A stretch of DNA of 64,000 nt from Chlorobiota bacterium (GTDB lineage Bacteria; Bacteroidota; Ignavibacteria; OLB7): assembly GCA_021296135.1 (NCBI GenBank), contig JAGWAZ010000002.1, forward strand, positions 1,060-65,059. The letters are read 5' to 3'. This document shows, one piece after another, positions 9,265-20,600 of the stretch. The number at the start of each line of letters is the position of its first letter. Positions within the stretch are counted from its first letter, which is position 1. The translations under genes and the position numbers were made by a program. A model generated the notes under the pieces. That model searched no databases, was not told where the DNA came from, and worked only from the letters and a program-made list of their open reading frames with translations.

Positions 9265-10476
9265 ATGGTCAATGGCTATGACGCCAGGAGTTTATCGTTG
9301 ACATCATTGAATAAAACCGTCATTGCTCCGGGTCCGAAAGTCGGATCACGTTACAACGGAACAAGCAAGGTCCCGATGGCCAAACTGGTTGAGGATTACA
9401 TCCATGGTCGCATTGACATCAAAGGGGATTTTCGGGATTTTATCGGTACTCGAACAGACTATGTCACCTATAAGTTGGTCGCCGATCACGTCAAGTTCTT
9501 CCTGACGCGGTTTATCCCTGAAGTCACAATCCACTCGAAGAAACAAGATGAACGTATCGTCCAAGATCATTATGATCGAGGCAACGATTTCTTCAACTGG
9601 TTTCTTGGTCCGCGTATGGTCTATACCAGCGCCTTCTTCACCGACCTCAATCAGGATCTTGAAACTGCTCAGGATCAAAAGATGAAACTGGTGTGCGACA
9701 AGCTACAGTTAAAGAGGAGTGAGACCCTGCTCGATATCGGATGTGGTTGGGGAACGCTTGTTCTGTATGCTGCTCGAGAAAGGGACGCTGATGCTACGGG
9801 CATTACGATCGCTGAAGAAGGAGCAGCGTACGCGACAGAGCAGATCGCTGAGGCTGGATACAGTGATTCGGCCCGCATTCTTCGCATGGACTATCGCGAT
9901 ATCCCTCACAAGAAATACAACAAGATTTCCTGCCTCGAGATGGCCGAACATGTCGGAGTCAAGTACTTCAGCAGGTTCATGAGACAGATCTATTCGATGC
10001 TTGAGGATGACGGACTCTTCTACTTACAGATCGCAGGCCTGAAAGCAGGAGTACATATGGAAAGTCTCGTATGGGGTCTCTTCATGAACAAGTATATCTT
10101 CTCCGGCGCTGATGCAAGTATGCCTCTGAGTTTTGTTGTCAAGAATCTGGAGAAGGCTGGTTTTGAAATTCATTCGGTCGAAAATATCGGTATTCACTAC
10201 TCGATTACCATTGACCGTTGGTATGATAACTGGATGCGGAACAAGGAGGCTATTGAAAAAAAGTATGGTCAGTTCTGGTTCCGACTCTGGCAAGTCTTCC
10301 TCGGTTGGTCAGTTCATATTGCCGCTCAAGGTAACTCAACCTGCTTCCAGATTGTCTGCAACAAGAACCTTGAGACATATAACCGAAAACGTTTCGTCGG
10401 TGAGATCGGTATGGGTGAACGATTGAATGAGTCAAGTAACAATATCCCGACCGAAATGCCTGCTGCGGTGGAGTAG
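9265..10476 (+). CDS. SAM-dependent lipid methyltransferase of the Cfa superfamily, sphingolipid C9-methyltransferase-like
   Basis: HYDRGNDFF-WFLGPRMVYTS, LLDIGCGWG, CLEMAEHVG, LVWGLFMNKYIFSGADASMPL. ATG 9265 preferred over TTG 9184. Confidence 0.85.
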   Translation: MVNGYDARSLSLTSLNKTVIAPGPKVGSRYNGTSKVPMAKLVEDYIHGRIDIKGDFRDFIGTRTDYVTYKLVADHVKFFLTRFIPEVTIHSKKQDERIVQDHYDRGNDFFNWFLGPRMVYTSAFFTDLNQDLETAQDQKMKLVCDKLQLKRSETLLDIGCGWGTLVLYAARERDADATGITIAEEGAAYATEQIAEAGYSDSARILRMDYRDIPHKKYNKISCLEMAEHVGVKYFSRFMRQIYSMLEDDGLFYLQIAGLKAGVHMESLVWGLFMNKYIFSGADASMPLSFVVKNLEKAGFEIHSVENIGIHYSITIDRWYDNWMRNKEAIEKKYGQFWFRLWQVFLGWSVHIAAQGNSTCFQIVCNKNLETYNRKRFVGEIGMGERLNESSNNIPTEMPAAVE

Positions 10477-10645
10477 GAATCATTTCTGGTCGAGGGGTAA
10501 TTTCGCAGGATCACGGATGAACATTAAGTATAGAGGATAGCAAGGGCATTCTCCGGAGTGCTCTTGTTTTTCTGTGACATGCAGCAAGCTATGGCCGGAT
10601 ATCACGGTCCCATTTTGGTCGCAATTGAACTATCGAACTACACCT

Positions 10646-12859
10646 TTATTCCTTCAACAACCTTACCATCTCATCTACATCATTTGTTGGCAGCTTGCAT
10701 ACATAATTCTCACACACATAGACTGTCGGTTTGCCGTCGATCATTGCTATGCTCTCAATGAATTCAAGATGCTCCGCTAATGCTTCCTGTCCAGCTCCTC
10801 CGTCAGTAAACAAGATGATTCTGTTCGGTAAGAAGAGAGACCAGACTGCTTGAAGCATTGATTCAGTCTCTCGATCATTCTGTTTCCCTGCGATCACAAT
10901 CTGCTTCGGTTTATCGAATGCAAAGTTAACGGCTGCAAGGAGTTGAGGTGATGCTGCAGGTGCTCGTTCAAGATCAGATCCAAAAATTTGGAAGATTCTC
11001 TCAGCAGTTGAACGATACTCTTCATTATCGGTCATCTCCCCCAGCCGCAACAGGTTCATCACTGAAACAGAATTCGGTGATGGCTCTGCTCCATCATAGC
11101 TATCCTTCATTCGCAGCAGTATTGTGGAGTCATTCCCTGTAGTTTCGTAATACCCGCCATTCTCCTTATCAAGAAAAAGTCGATTTTGTTGTTCCTGTAG
11201 GTTGATTGCCCAGATCAGTAACGAGACATCGAACGAAGCTTCATAGAGGTCGAGTAATCCCTGAATCAAAAAAGCATAGTCGTCAGCATAGGCAGCAATC
11301 GCAGATTCACCGTCACGGTATCGCCTGAGGAGCTCCCTTGTCTTCTTGTTGTATAGATGATCTCGAACGAAGGCCGCTGCCTGTTCTGCTGCTTCGAGAT
11401 ACCGGACGTCGCCAAGAGTCTGATATGCCTGAGCAAAGGCGGAGATCATCAGACCATTCCATGCGGTGATTGTCTTGTCATCGAGATGCGGACGCGGGCG
11501 TTCCTTTCGGACGTTGTAAAGCTTTGCGCGGGCTTCGGCAAGAGTGTGTTCTATCTCTTCAGGTGACTGATCGAACTTCTTCGCCGTCTCCTCAATAGTA
11601 TGAGCTACGTACAGAACGTTCTTTTGAGGAAACTCTACGAAGGGGTCATTGCGCACATTACCTTTCGGTTCAACTCCAAAGTAATCATTGAAGATTTGAC
11701 TTGCCTCCTTCCCGAGGATTTCTTCGATTTCGCTTTCTTCCCAAACGTAGAATGCTCCTTCTCCTTGCTCCTCAGGGTTTTCGGGCAGTGGACTGTCGGC
11801 ATCTTCGGCAGAGAAAAACTGCCCTTCTCCTCCAGTCATATTACGTAATACATAGTCAAGTACATCTCGTGCCACTCGTTCAAACTCAGGATCATGTGTG
11901 ATGCGATAGGCCTCAAGGTAACTGATGGCAATCTGTGCCTGGTCGTATAACATCTTCTCGAAGTGGGGGACGTGCCAGCGTTCATCAACAGAATAGCGAT
12001 GGAATCCTCCCCCTATATGATCATACATTCCTCCAGAAGCCATCTTTCGCAGAGTTGTAAGGGCCATGTCGGTCGCCCTCTGCTCGCCATTGCTATGGCC
12101 GTAGCGGAACAGAAAATTTAATGTCACCGGTCGGGGAAACTTCGGTGCGGTGCCAAAGCCACCGTTAACCGGATCAAATCGTCCGGCTATTTGTTGATAG
12201 CTTCTGCTGAGAAGACTTTCGTCAATTACCAAACTGAAGGTCTGACGAGCATTGACCATTTCGCGAAGGCCGTTTAACGTAGCATTACCTTGGTCGATGA
12301 TTTCGTCACGCTTGGTCTGCCATAGCTCGGTAATTTTGGTAAGGATATTTTTGAATCCCAGCCGTCCGCCTCGATCCTCCGGTGGAAAGTACGTACCTCC
12401 GATGAACGGCTTCAGATCAGGCGTGAGCCAGACACTAAGTGGCCAACCACCCCCACCGGTTGTTGCCTGCACAAACGTCATATAGACGTTATCAACATCC
12501 GGGCGCTCTTCGCGGTCAACTTTAACTGCTATGTAATGTTGGTTGAGAATGGCTGCCACTTCTTCGCTTTCGAACGATTCGCGTTCCATCACATGGCACC
12601 AGTGACAGGTCGAGTAGCCAATAGAGAGAAAGATCGGCTTGTCTTCGCTCCTGGCTTTCTCAAATGCCTCCTCACTCCAAGGATACCAGTCGACCGGGTT
12701 ATGAGCATGTTGTTGGAGATAGGGGGACTTCTCGTTGATCAATCTATTTGTATGAGCATGTTCGGTCTCCTTCCTTTCCTGTCCGTTTGATGAACAGGAT
12801 GGAAGAAGCAGGAATACAAACAGAAGGAAGCAATGTAATGTAGCTCTGAGATTTTTCAT
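10646..12859 (-). CDS. YyaL/SSP411 thioredoxin-domain + (alpha/alpha)6-barrel protein with lipoprotein signal
   Basis: [45 protein letters not shown]; lipobox LPSC. Confidence 0.93.
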   Translation of the reverse strand: MKNLRATLHCFLLFVFLLLPSCSSNGQERKETEHAHTNRLINEKSPYLQQHAHNPVDWYPWSEEAFEKARSEDKPIFLSIGYSTCHWCHVMERESFESEEVAAILNQHYIAVKVDREERPDVDNVYMTFVQATTGGGGWPLSVWLTPDLKPFIGGTYFPPEDRGGRLGFKNILTKITELWQTKRDEIIDQGNATLNGLREMVNARQTFSLVIDESLLSRSYQQIAGRFDPVNGGFGTAPKFPRPVTLNFLFRYGHSNGEQRATDMALTTLRKMASGGMYDHIGGGFHRYSVDERWHVPHFEKMLYDQAQIAISYLEAYRITHDPEFERVARDVLDYVLRNMTGGEGQFFSAEDADSPLPENPEEQGEGAFYVWEESEIEEILGKEASQIFNDYFGVEPKGNVRNDPFVEFPQKNVLYVAHTIEETAKKFDQSPEEIEHTLAEARAKLYNVRKERPRPHLDDKTITAWNGLMISAFAQAYQTLGDVRYLEAAEQAAAFVRDHLYNKKTRELLRRYRDGESAIAAYADDYAFLIQGLLDLYEASFDVSLLIWAINLQEQQNRLFLDKENGGYYETTGNDSTILLRMKDSYDGAEPSPNSVSVMNLLRLGEMTDNEEYRSTAERIFQIFGSDLERAPAASPQLLAAVNFAFDKPKQIVIAGKQNDRETESMLQAVWSLFLPNRIILFTDGGAGQEALAEHLEFIESIAMIDGKPTVYVCENYVCKLPTNDVDEMVRLLKE

Positions 12860-13127
12860 GAAGTTAAACTCTTAGCATTAAGGATTCAGTCTGGTGGTTT
12901 TGGGTGCGCTAGCGCCAATCTTCCAAAGCCAGTAGTGGAGTTCAGCACGCTGATTCTGTAATAGTTATGCGATCTTTCATTACACGGGTGATGTCGAATG
13001 ACAATACAAAAGCGACCCAACAACAATGCCTGGTTCACAGTCTATTAACTACTAACCTACCGAAAAAGAAAGACTGTATTATCGGGCAGTGCGTTACAGG
13101 GTGGACTGAAGTTCATTGCAAGCTCAG

Positions 13128-13799
13128 TCAGGGAATCATAGGCTCTAACGCCCCATTACGGCTTGTGGAATAGCGTTCTTCTTCTGAAAGACGTTCGCTA
13201 ACGAGCCTCCAGATAATGCTATGAATCTCATCAACACTTTTTCCACCGTCAATAACATAGTAACGTCCCGAATTCATATTGGCTATGCGCATGTATCCAC
13301 GGATAACTCGTTTAAAAAACGTGATGCCAGCCTCTTCCATTCGATCTTGTACGATGCCTTCACGTCCGTCGGTCCTTTCAAGTGCCGTCTCCGGCGATAT
13401 ATCCAGATAGAATGTCATATCAGGTTCGGTCTCCTGCGTTGCAATCCGATTGATATGAACAATATCATTCAAAGGCAATCCTCTTCCGTAACCTTGATAG
13501 GCAATAGTAGAATCGGAAAAACGGTCACAAATCACGATCTTTCCTTTATGAAGCGAGGGAAGAATCACCTCGGCAACAAGCTGGGCGCGACTTGCTGAAA
13601 AAAGGAGCAGTTCTGTCCGTTCATTAATTTCTGAGTATTCTTTGTTGAGGAGTATCCCCCGGATGTGTTCGGAAAGGCGAGTGTTACCCGGTTCGCGGAG
13701 TTCGACAATATTGTGGTTGGCTTCTTGAAGTTTATTGGCCAGAAGTTGCGCCTGCGTAGATTTGCCACTGCAGTCAATGCCTTCGAATGTTATGAACAT
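13128..13799 (-). CDS. tmk: Thymidylate kinase
   Basis: FITFEGIDCSGKST, REPG, DRFSDSTIAYQGYGRG. Confidence 0.97.
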   Translation of the reverse strand: MFITFEGIDCSGKSTQAQLLANKLQEANHNIVELREPGNTRLSEHIRGILLNKEYSEINERTELLLFSASRAQLVAEVILPSLHKGKIVICDRFSDSTIAYQGYGRGLPLNDIVHINRIATQETEPDMTFYLDISPETALERTDGREGIVQDRMEEAGITFFKRVIRGYMRIANMNSGRYYVIDGGKSVDEIHSIIWRLVSERLSEEERYSTSRNGALEPMIP

Positions 13800-13974
13800 A
13801 CGCGCTCCTTGGAAAGATTTGTGATCGTAGAGAACATGTGCTGGAGATTGTTGCCGATTGTCGTCACTGACGACGTTGTCAACAATGAATGGCTATACAG
13901 ATAAGATGCCAGGTTCAGCATTTCCTCAAAATAGAGTTCAACGAAGTCAAAGTCAATAACCTTTTACGTTTTTT

Positions 13975-14751
13975 ATGATTGAAGCCCTGAAATTCTTTTT
14001 CTCGAACAATGCTAAATCTTCGTTTCCTGGTAACCTGATTGTTATACTCCTGCTATACACTGGTTGTGCCGGTTCAGGTCAGTCGAATGACTCATTGAAA
14101 AGCACGGCAATTACACTTGAGTCGATTGAAGGGAATAACGATACGATACGATTTCATATTGGCTCTCCACTTTTTCTCCGGATGAACATTAATACCAGGT
14201 TGGCCTGCGAGGCTTTTAACGGTCACCCCTTCTTTTTTGATGAAAAAGGCGTTCAGATTGGATGGGGATTTGAAGAAGTACAAGATACACTGGTTTTAGG
14301 GGGAGAAGAGGGATCTTGTGAAAGGTTTTTAATGCTTACTTCTGAATCCTCGAATTTGTTGGCAGAAGGCTACTACCCAATGTCGGTTGCCCTCCTAATC
14401 GACGAAAAATCCGAGCTTCGTTCCGATACTATTGTTCTTCATCCCGTTCATGCCTCTGGAGCGGATGAACGGTCGTACAGCAGATTTATTATCGAGCAAA
14501 TTATCTCGCGTTCGCCATTGCTGGACGATCCTGTCACGTTAAGGGAGCTTTTTGCCTCTCATCTCCCGCAAAGCTTTGCTTCAGACGTCTACAAAGCCGT
14601 GATTTTTTACCGAGGTGGGGATATGTTCGGAGCCGAAGAGGCTCTGACCGAAGCCGAGAAAAAGATGATGACACCTGTCGGAGAACTTTCCGTGAGCGCG
14701 CGCCGACTCTATAATGAGCTTAAACGCAGGATTTCCGATGATACAAAGTAA
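13975..14751 (+). CDS. Hypothetical lipoprotein
   Basis: 258-aa ORF with a hydrophobic stretch and lipobox-like LLLYTGC; no family recognised. Confidence 0.65.
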   Translation: MIEALKFFFSNNAKSSFPGNLIVILLLYTGCAGSGQSNDSLKSTAITLESIEGNNDTIRFHIGSPLFLRMNINTRLACEAFNGHPFFFDEKGVQIGWGFEEVQDTLVLGGEEGSCERFLMLTSESSNLLAEGYYPMSVALLIDEKSELRSDTIVLHPVHASGADERSYSRFIIEQIISRSPLLDDPVTLRELFASHLPQSFASDVYKAVIFYRGGDMFGAEEALTEAEKKMMTPVGELSVSARRLYNELKRRISDDTK

Positions 14752-15013
14752 AATAATTTTCTTTAGACAAGTTCTTGGCCTAAATCGCCGAAAACGGTTA
14801 GGTTCGCACGTTCTTTGTATCAGATGGCGATGACATGACATAGAAATAGGGGGTGGAAAACGTGATAAGGTATCATTACTGCAGTGCACTTTTGGAAGAA
14901 AATCTGTGGATCATAGACCTGATTGAGCACAACATTATGCAGGTGTCAATCGTCGTTAAACGCTATGAAGAGAAGAAATTCTACCATTTCGATAACATCC
15001 AGAAGAGGTTTAT

Positions 15014-15880
15014 TTGGTGCGTATCACAAAACAGTATACAAATCGAGAGAGTCAGTCGCTTGATCGGTACCTGCACGAAATTGGCAAGGTTGAGTTGCTT
15101 ACGCCGGACATGGAGATTGAGCTGGCAAAGCGAATCAAGCGTGGCGGCGCTGAAGGAGAGCATGCACTCGAAGCTCTCGTCAAGGCAAATCTTCGATTTG
15201 TGGTCTCGGTCGCAAAACAGTATCAGAATCAGGGTCTTTCACTCGGTGACTTGATTAATGAGGGGAATCTTGGTCTTATCAAAGCCGCAAAACGATTTGA
15301 TGAGACGCGTGGCTTCAAATTCATCTCCTATGCTGTTTGGTGGATTCGGCAGTCGATCCTGCAGGCTCTTGCCGAGCAGTCGCGTATTGTTCGTCTGCCG
15401 TTGAATCGAGTTGGGGCATTGAACAAAATTGGGAAGAAGTTTAGTGAGCTTGAGCAAAAGTATGAGCGCGCACCTACTGCTTCCGAGATTGGGGCAGAGC
15501 TTGAGATGTCCATGAACGAGGTGACCGAGACAATCAAGATCTCGGGTCGTCATCTTTCGGTCGATGCTCCATTTGCTCAAGGTGAAGATAATCGTCTCTT
15601 GGACGTGCTTACCAACGATGCACAGCCGTCTCCAGATCATGGGCTGATGAGTGAATCGTTGAAGATCGAAGTCCGCCGTGCTCTTTCGACCCTTTCAGAA
15701 CGTGAGGCGGAAGTGATTCGTTTTTACTTCGGTCTCGATCGCGAACACTCTCTGACTCTTGAGGAGATCGGTGAACGCTTTAACCTGACTCGCGAACGCG
15801 TTCGTCAGATTAAAGAAAAAGCAATTCGTCGTCTGAGACACACGTCTCGTTCAAAGGCTCTGAGAGCATATCTCGGTTAA
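15014..15880 (+). CDS. rpoD: Primary RNA polymerase sigma factor, short Bacteroidota-type lacking region 1.1
   Basis: [18 protein letters not shown]-terminus, [31 protein letters not shown]...[12 protein letters not shown]. Confidence 0.95.
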   Translation: MVRITKQYTNRESQSLDRYLHEIGKVELLTPDMEIELAKRIKRGGAEGEHALEALVKANLRFVVSVAKQYQNQGLSLGDLINEGNLGLIKAAKRFDETRGFKFISYAVWWIRQSILQALAEQSRIVRLPLNRVGALNKIGKKFSELEQKYERAPTASEIGAELEMSMNEVTETIKISGRHLSVDAPFAQGEDNRLLDVLTNDAQPSPDHGLMSESLKIEVRRALSTLSEREAEVIRFYFGLDREHSLTLEEIGERFNLTRERVRQIKEKAIRRLRHTSRSKALRAYLG

Positions 15881-15900
15881 TCAATGGAGAAACGTTTGCA

Positions 15901-15932
15901 AAGAAAGCCCCGGTTACGACCGGGGCTTTCTT
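15901..15932 (+). terminator. Intrinsic terminator after rpoD
   Basis: 14-bp perfect stem AAGAAAGCCCCGGT/ACCGGGGCTTTCTT closed by a UACG loop. Confidence 0.85.
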
Positions 15933-15957
15933 CATCTACAACCTCCGATCAGTAGCG

Positions 15958-16956
15958 ATGCAATCCCTTCTGACCGATTTTAGAATCAATGAACTCGTTA
16001 GTAGTATGGAGAGATGCCATATTGCTATCGTTGGCGATGTAATGCTCGACCGCTATTACCGGGGGACAGCCTCGCGACTCTCTCCGGAAGCCCCTGTACC
16101 TGTAGTAGAGATCGTTGAAGAATCGGAGCATCTGGGGGGAGGGGCGAACGTTGCTTACAACCTTTCTTCTCTTGGCGTGCAGGCCTCAATTTTTGGCGTT
16201 GTCGGGGATGATCGTTCGGGTGAGCATCTCCGTCTCCTTTTGGAAGGATTGGGTATTGAGAGCAGCGGACTCATTGTGCAACGGGGCCGAACCACGACAG
16301 TCAAAACGCGAGTGATTGCCGATGGCCAGCATATCGTCCGTGCTGATCAGGAGACGAAAGAGAGGATCGGCTCACAGGTGCAGAAGAACTTGCTGGCCTC
16401 TCTCAATGAAAAGATTGAACAGCTCGACGGGCTCATCCTTCAGGACTATAATAAAGGGGTCTTCTCTCCTGAAGTTATTGAACAAATTCTTAGCCTTGCG
16501 CTGGCTCACAACATTCCGACGTTTGTTGATCCTAAGTTCGAGAACTTCTTTGCCTTTAAGGCGTCTACCCTCTTCAAGCCAAATAGAAAAGAGACAGAGG
16601 ATGCACTACAGTGTCGTCTCACTACGCTTGATGACAAGCTTAAGGCCGCACATGAGTTGAAGAGCCGTCTCCGTAGTCGCTATGTAGTTCTAACGCTCGG
16701 TAGCGATGGAATGATTCTTGTCGGTAGTGATGACGATCCTGTCCTCGTTCCAACACGTTCGATTCAAGTCGCAGATATCTCAGGCGCAGGCGATACTGTA
16801 ATTGCAATATTGGCAGCAGCTTCTTCTGTCGGAGCAACTATGCGAGAGGCTGTTGAGCTTGCGAACCATGCAGCCGGTATTGTCTGTGAACAAGTCGGCA
16901 CTGTCCCGGTTACGCGGCAGATGTTAGTCACCATGGGATCGAACGTTCATGCCTGA
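15958..16956 (+). CDS. rfaE1: D-glycero-beta-D-manno-heptose-7-phosphate kinase (HldE N-terminal domain, PfkB family)
   Basis: VGDVMLDRY, RLSPEAPVPVV, GGGANVA, DYNKG, DISGAGDTV. Confidence 0.93.
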   Translation: MQSLLTDFRINELVSSMERCHIAIVGDVMLDRYYRGTASRLSPEAPVPVVEIVEESEHLGGGANVAYNLSSLGVQASIFGVVGDDRSGEHLRLLLEGLGIESSGLIVQRGRTTTVKTRVIADGQHIVRADQETKERIGSQVQKNLLASLNEKIEQLDGLILQDYNKGVFSPEVIEQILSLALAHNIPTFVDPKFENFFAFKASTLFKPNRKETEDALQCRLTTLDDKLKAAHELKSRLRSRYVVLTLGSDGMILVGSDDDPVLVPTRSIQVADISGAGDTVIAILAAASSVGATMREAVELANHAAGIVCEQVGTVPVTRQMLVTMGSNVHA

Positions 16957-16962
16957 TGTCCA

Positions 16963-17484
16963 ATGACAAGCAACCGGCAAATCGCAGATCGGATTCTTGA
17001 CCAATCGCAGCTTCAACAGGAGTGTCAGCTTATACGAGAGCAAGGGCAACGTATCGTCTTTACGAACGGTTGCTTTGATATCCTTCATCTTGGGCATGTC
17101 ACCTATCTTCAACAAGCTGCTTTGCTTGGGGACAAATTGATTGTCGGATTGAATTCAGATGAATCGGTACGGCGATTAAAAGGGGAAGGGCGACCGATTC
17201 TACCTCAAGCAGAGCGCGCAACTCTTCTTGCAGCCTTACGTTCAGTCGATTATGTCTCTTTTTTTGAACAGGATACTCCGCTTGCTCTGATCGAGACGAT
17301 CCGTCCTGACCTGCTCGTAAAGGGTGGAGATTACAATACGGATGCAACCGAAGGACCTGAGTATATTGTCGGGAGTGACATCCTCCATTCGTATGGCGGT
17401 CAGGTAAAGGTCATCAATCTGGTTGAGGGGGGTTCAACTACAAATATCATCGAAGCTGTTCTGAAAGCTCAAAAGAGGCTTTAG
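16963..17484 (+). CDS. rfaE2: Heptose-1-phosphate adenylyltransferase (HldE C-terminal domain)
   Basis: FTNGCFDILHLGH, GLNSDESVRRLKG, KGGDY, STTNII. Confidence 0.95.
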   Translation: MTSNRQIADRILDQSQLQQECQLIREQGQRIVFTNGCFDILHLGHVTYLQQAALLGDKLIVGLNSDESVRRLKGEGRPILPQAERATLLAALRSVDYVSFFEQDTPLALIETIRPDLLVKGGDYNTDATEGPEYIVGSDILHSYGGQVKVINLVEGGSTTNIIEAVLKAQKRL

Positions 17485-17686
17485 TATTCATTTTACATCG
17501 GGATGAAACCAATGCTTACCTTATGCGCCTGAGAGAGTTAGAGTTCATAGAGTATGCCAGGAATAAGGCAAGAGTTGAAGAGGGGGGAAGAATGGTTGAT
17601 TAGTTGGATAGTGAAATAGTTAGAGGGGATGTAAGAGTACCGTTTCCTCGCTACACACTACCAAAGCATGATATAGCACACGAAGG

Positions 17687-20600
17687 ATGCAACAGAAGAT
17701 ATATAGAGCTGCGAAGGTATTGGCAAAGCTTGGCGTTCTGATGATCGCTCTGCTTTCGTTCCTTGGTGCTTTTGCTGTTGCAATGACTCAATATTCACCT
17801 TTCAGGAAATGGGCAATAGATCAAGGACTTGATGCTGCCAACAAAGCCTTGGCCGGAAATCTCTCAGTCGAAGAGATTGAAGGAAATTTCCTGACCGGGT
17901 TAACAATCAAAAATGCCTACTTGAACGCAGCCGATACCCCCCTTGCCGTTATTCCTCGGATTTCGTTGCAGTATCATCTCATTCCATTCTTTGAAGCCAA
18001 GACCATCCAGGCCTCGGTTATCTTTCACAACCCTGAACTCTATTTGCATAGGGATCAGGATGGTATCTGGAATTTTACACAGATTGCGCAACCCCCTGAG
18101 GAAGAAGAGGATAAACCTCGCCAGCCATTGGAATGGATCTTTGATATTCAAAACCTTGAAATCAGAGATGGCGTCGTCGAGTTCAATGACGAGACAACTC
18201 TACCATTCAACTCTGAGAACAACCGATTGAACTTGCTGGGTTCGCGACTTTACCGTTTCAATCTTGCACTCGGCGGATGGATTTCTGAGACGGAGCAGCA
18301 GATCGATGTAGAGCATCTCTCATTCTTGATTGACGATGTAGATCTGAGCCTTGTCGAGCTGTCCGCGGGAATTGCTGTAGACGACAAAGGGCTTCACATA
18401 GATGGTCTTCATATCGAAACCGAAAGAAGTTACCTCGAGTTGAATCTCTCAATCGACTCCGTCGATATCTTTGACTCGACACTGGCTACATCGTGGAGAG
18501 GATATCCATTCAGTGTGAGGATGAGTGGCAAACGAGTCGATACCCGTGAACTGATCACTCTCCTGCCATCGCTTGGTTTCCTTGGTGGAGTTATCGGCGT
18601 TGACCTTGAGGCTTCGGGGGTCTTTTCCGATATCCTTGTTAATCGTGTTGATCTTGAACTGGAACGGTCCCGACTGACTGGAAAAGCTCGCTTACGAGAT
18701 ATTGATAACTCTGTTCGTTCTCGCATTGATGCTGAATTTACCGACTCACGTCTTTTCTACAGTGATGCCTCCGTTCACATTCCTGGCATTTCGATTCCTG
18801 ATCTGAGCTATCTCGCAGAAGTAGAGGTTGAGAAGTTGACCTACTCGGGAACCTCGCGGGATTTTGTTTCTCTCTTTGATCTTTCTTCTGCAGTTGGTCG
18901 AATCAGGGGTGGAGGAGGAATGAACTTTAGTGATTTTCCCGTCTGGAGAGTTGATGCTGTAGTTGAGGAAGTTAATCCCGGGCCACTTCTTGGATCGGAT
19001 GAATATGAAGGAAAGGTCTCAGCACGATTGGTTGCTGAAGGGCAAGGGTTTACGCCGGAGGCAATGTCGTCGCGGTTCCGGCTGATTGGTGGTTCCTCGC
19101 AAGTAGGGCCTCGGACTATCGAGCGACTATGGGTAGATGGTTCGTTCGGTAATGGCGGAATCCTGTCGCTCGATACAGCCATGATTGCGTGGGGAAATGA
19201 GACTCAGTCCTACATCCCGGAAATGATTGGGCTAGATCCCCTTGAACAGCTTCTTCAGGATCAGAGAATCCAACCAATGACCGGTAGCTTCGCGGAACGT
19301 CTTGTGTTCTCCGAAGCTGATGCGGCTGTCATCGATGGTCTTCCATCACTTCGCGCAAGCGGTTGGTATGATGTGAGGGAGTCTGGGCTTCCTAAATACA
19401 GGGGAGCGGTTGAGACGGACAGACTCAACCTGGCCGACATTACTCTTAACCCCGAGCATGAAACAGAACTCGGGCTGACGTTGGTTGTTGAAGGGATTGG
19501 ACTTGAACCCGATCTGATGGACGGAACCGCCCGGCTTCGTGTGACCGATGCAGTGCTTCCCAGCGGAGTCGCGCTTCGACCATTTGGTGTTGATGTCACT
19601 CTACATCGCAATGAAAATGAACGACATCTCGCGTTGAACTCTGATTTTCTTGATGCCCGGGTAGAGGGAATCTGGAGATTTGAGTCTCTTCTTCCGGCGC
19701 TTACCGGTGGATTCAAGAAGTTGGTTAACTATATCTCACGTAAAGGGACATATAGTTCCGATGAGTTCGATTTTATCCTCGCAGATGATTTTGAGATAGA
19801 GCCGATCCTTGTTGAGTATGAGTTTATGCCAAGAGACCTTTCACTACTCAAAGCATTTATTCAGGGAACGACAATTCAGATGGATGCATCATTAAAGGGA
19901 ACAATCACAGGAACCTCGCAGCTTCTGGGCATTACTGCGCGGGGTGAGATAAATGAGTTTAACTATGAGAATGGAGATCAGGATGTCAAGTTTGGGGGGA
20001 CTACTGTCGACGCAGAGATCTGGAACATCAGCTCCGGTTCAATGGATGATCTTCTCGATGCTGAAATTGCTCTGCGTAGTGACTCCCTGATATATGTGAA
20101 TGATCTGAGAATTGCTTTACCCCACCTTGATCTCTCTTTCAGGGATGGGTTGTTGACTGCGAATGGCGCAACCATGATTGATAATACATACTCGGTCGCT
20201 CTTGATGGGAAAATTGATGTGTTGGATGATAGAGGGTATGCAGTTGCAATGGATACCTTGATTGTCGGTTGGTCCCGTGGCTTGAAGTGGCGAAATATCG
20301 ATCCGGTAAGATTTGTTCTTGCAGATGAGAAGGTCGACATTGAATCGTTCCGTCTTGTTCGTGAGGGGGCGGAGCTCATTTCAATAACCGGAGAGTTTCT
20401 TGACTATAACCGATTTGATGAGCTGCGTGTATCAGTTACTGGCACATCGCTTGAAGCTCTTCAACCTTTTATTGTTGATCCTAAAACACTGGAGATGCTT
20501 GAAACGCTCTCCGGAAGCTTGCAAGACCTTGATGTAGTTGTGAATGGAACACTTGATGCTCCGAAAATCAAGGGACATCTGAATGTAGATGGACTAAAGT

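Noticed and set aside
9265-10476. Plain cfa (cyclopropane fatty acid synthase) label
   Set aside because: The motifs fit the sphingolipid C9-methyltransferase subgroup better, so the symbol is withheld pending a phylogeny.
12860-13127. Possible riboswitch in the yyaL-tmk intergenic region
   Set aside because: Only weak hairpins, with no consensus of any riboswitch class I recognise.
13790-13921. 43-codon minus-strand ORF overlapping the tmk start (possible leader peptide)
   Set aside because: Poor RBS spacing and no attenuator structure or tell-tale codon run.
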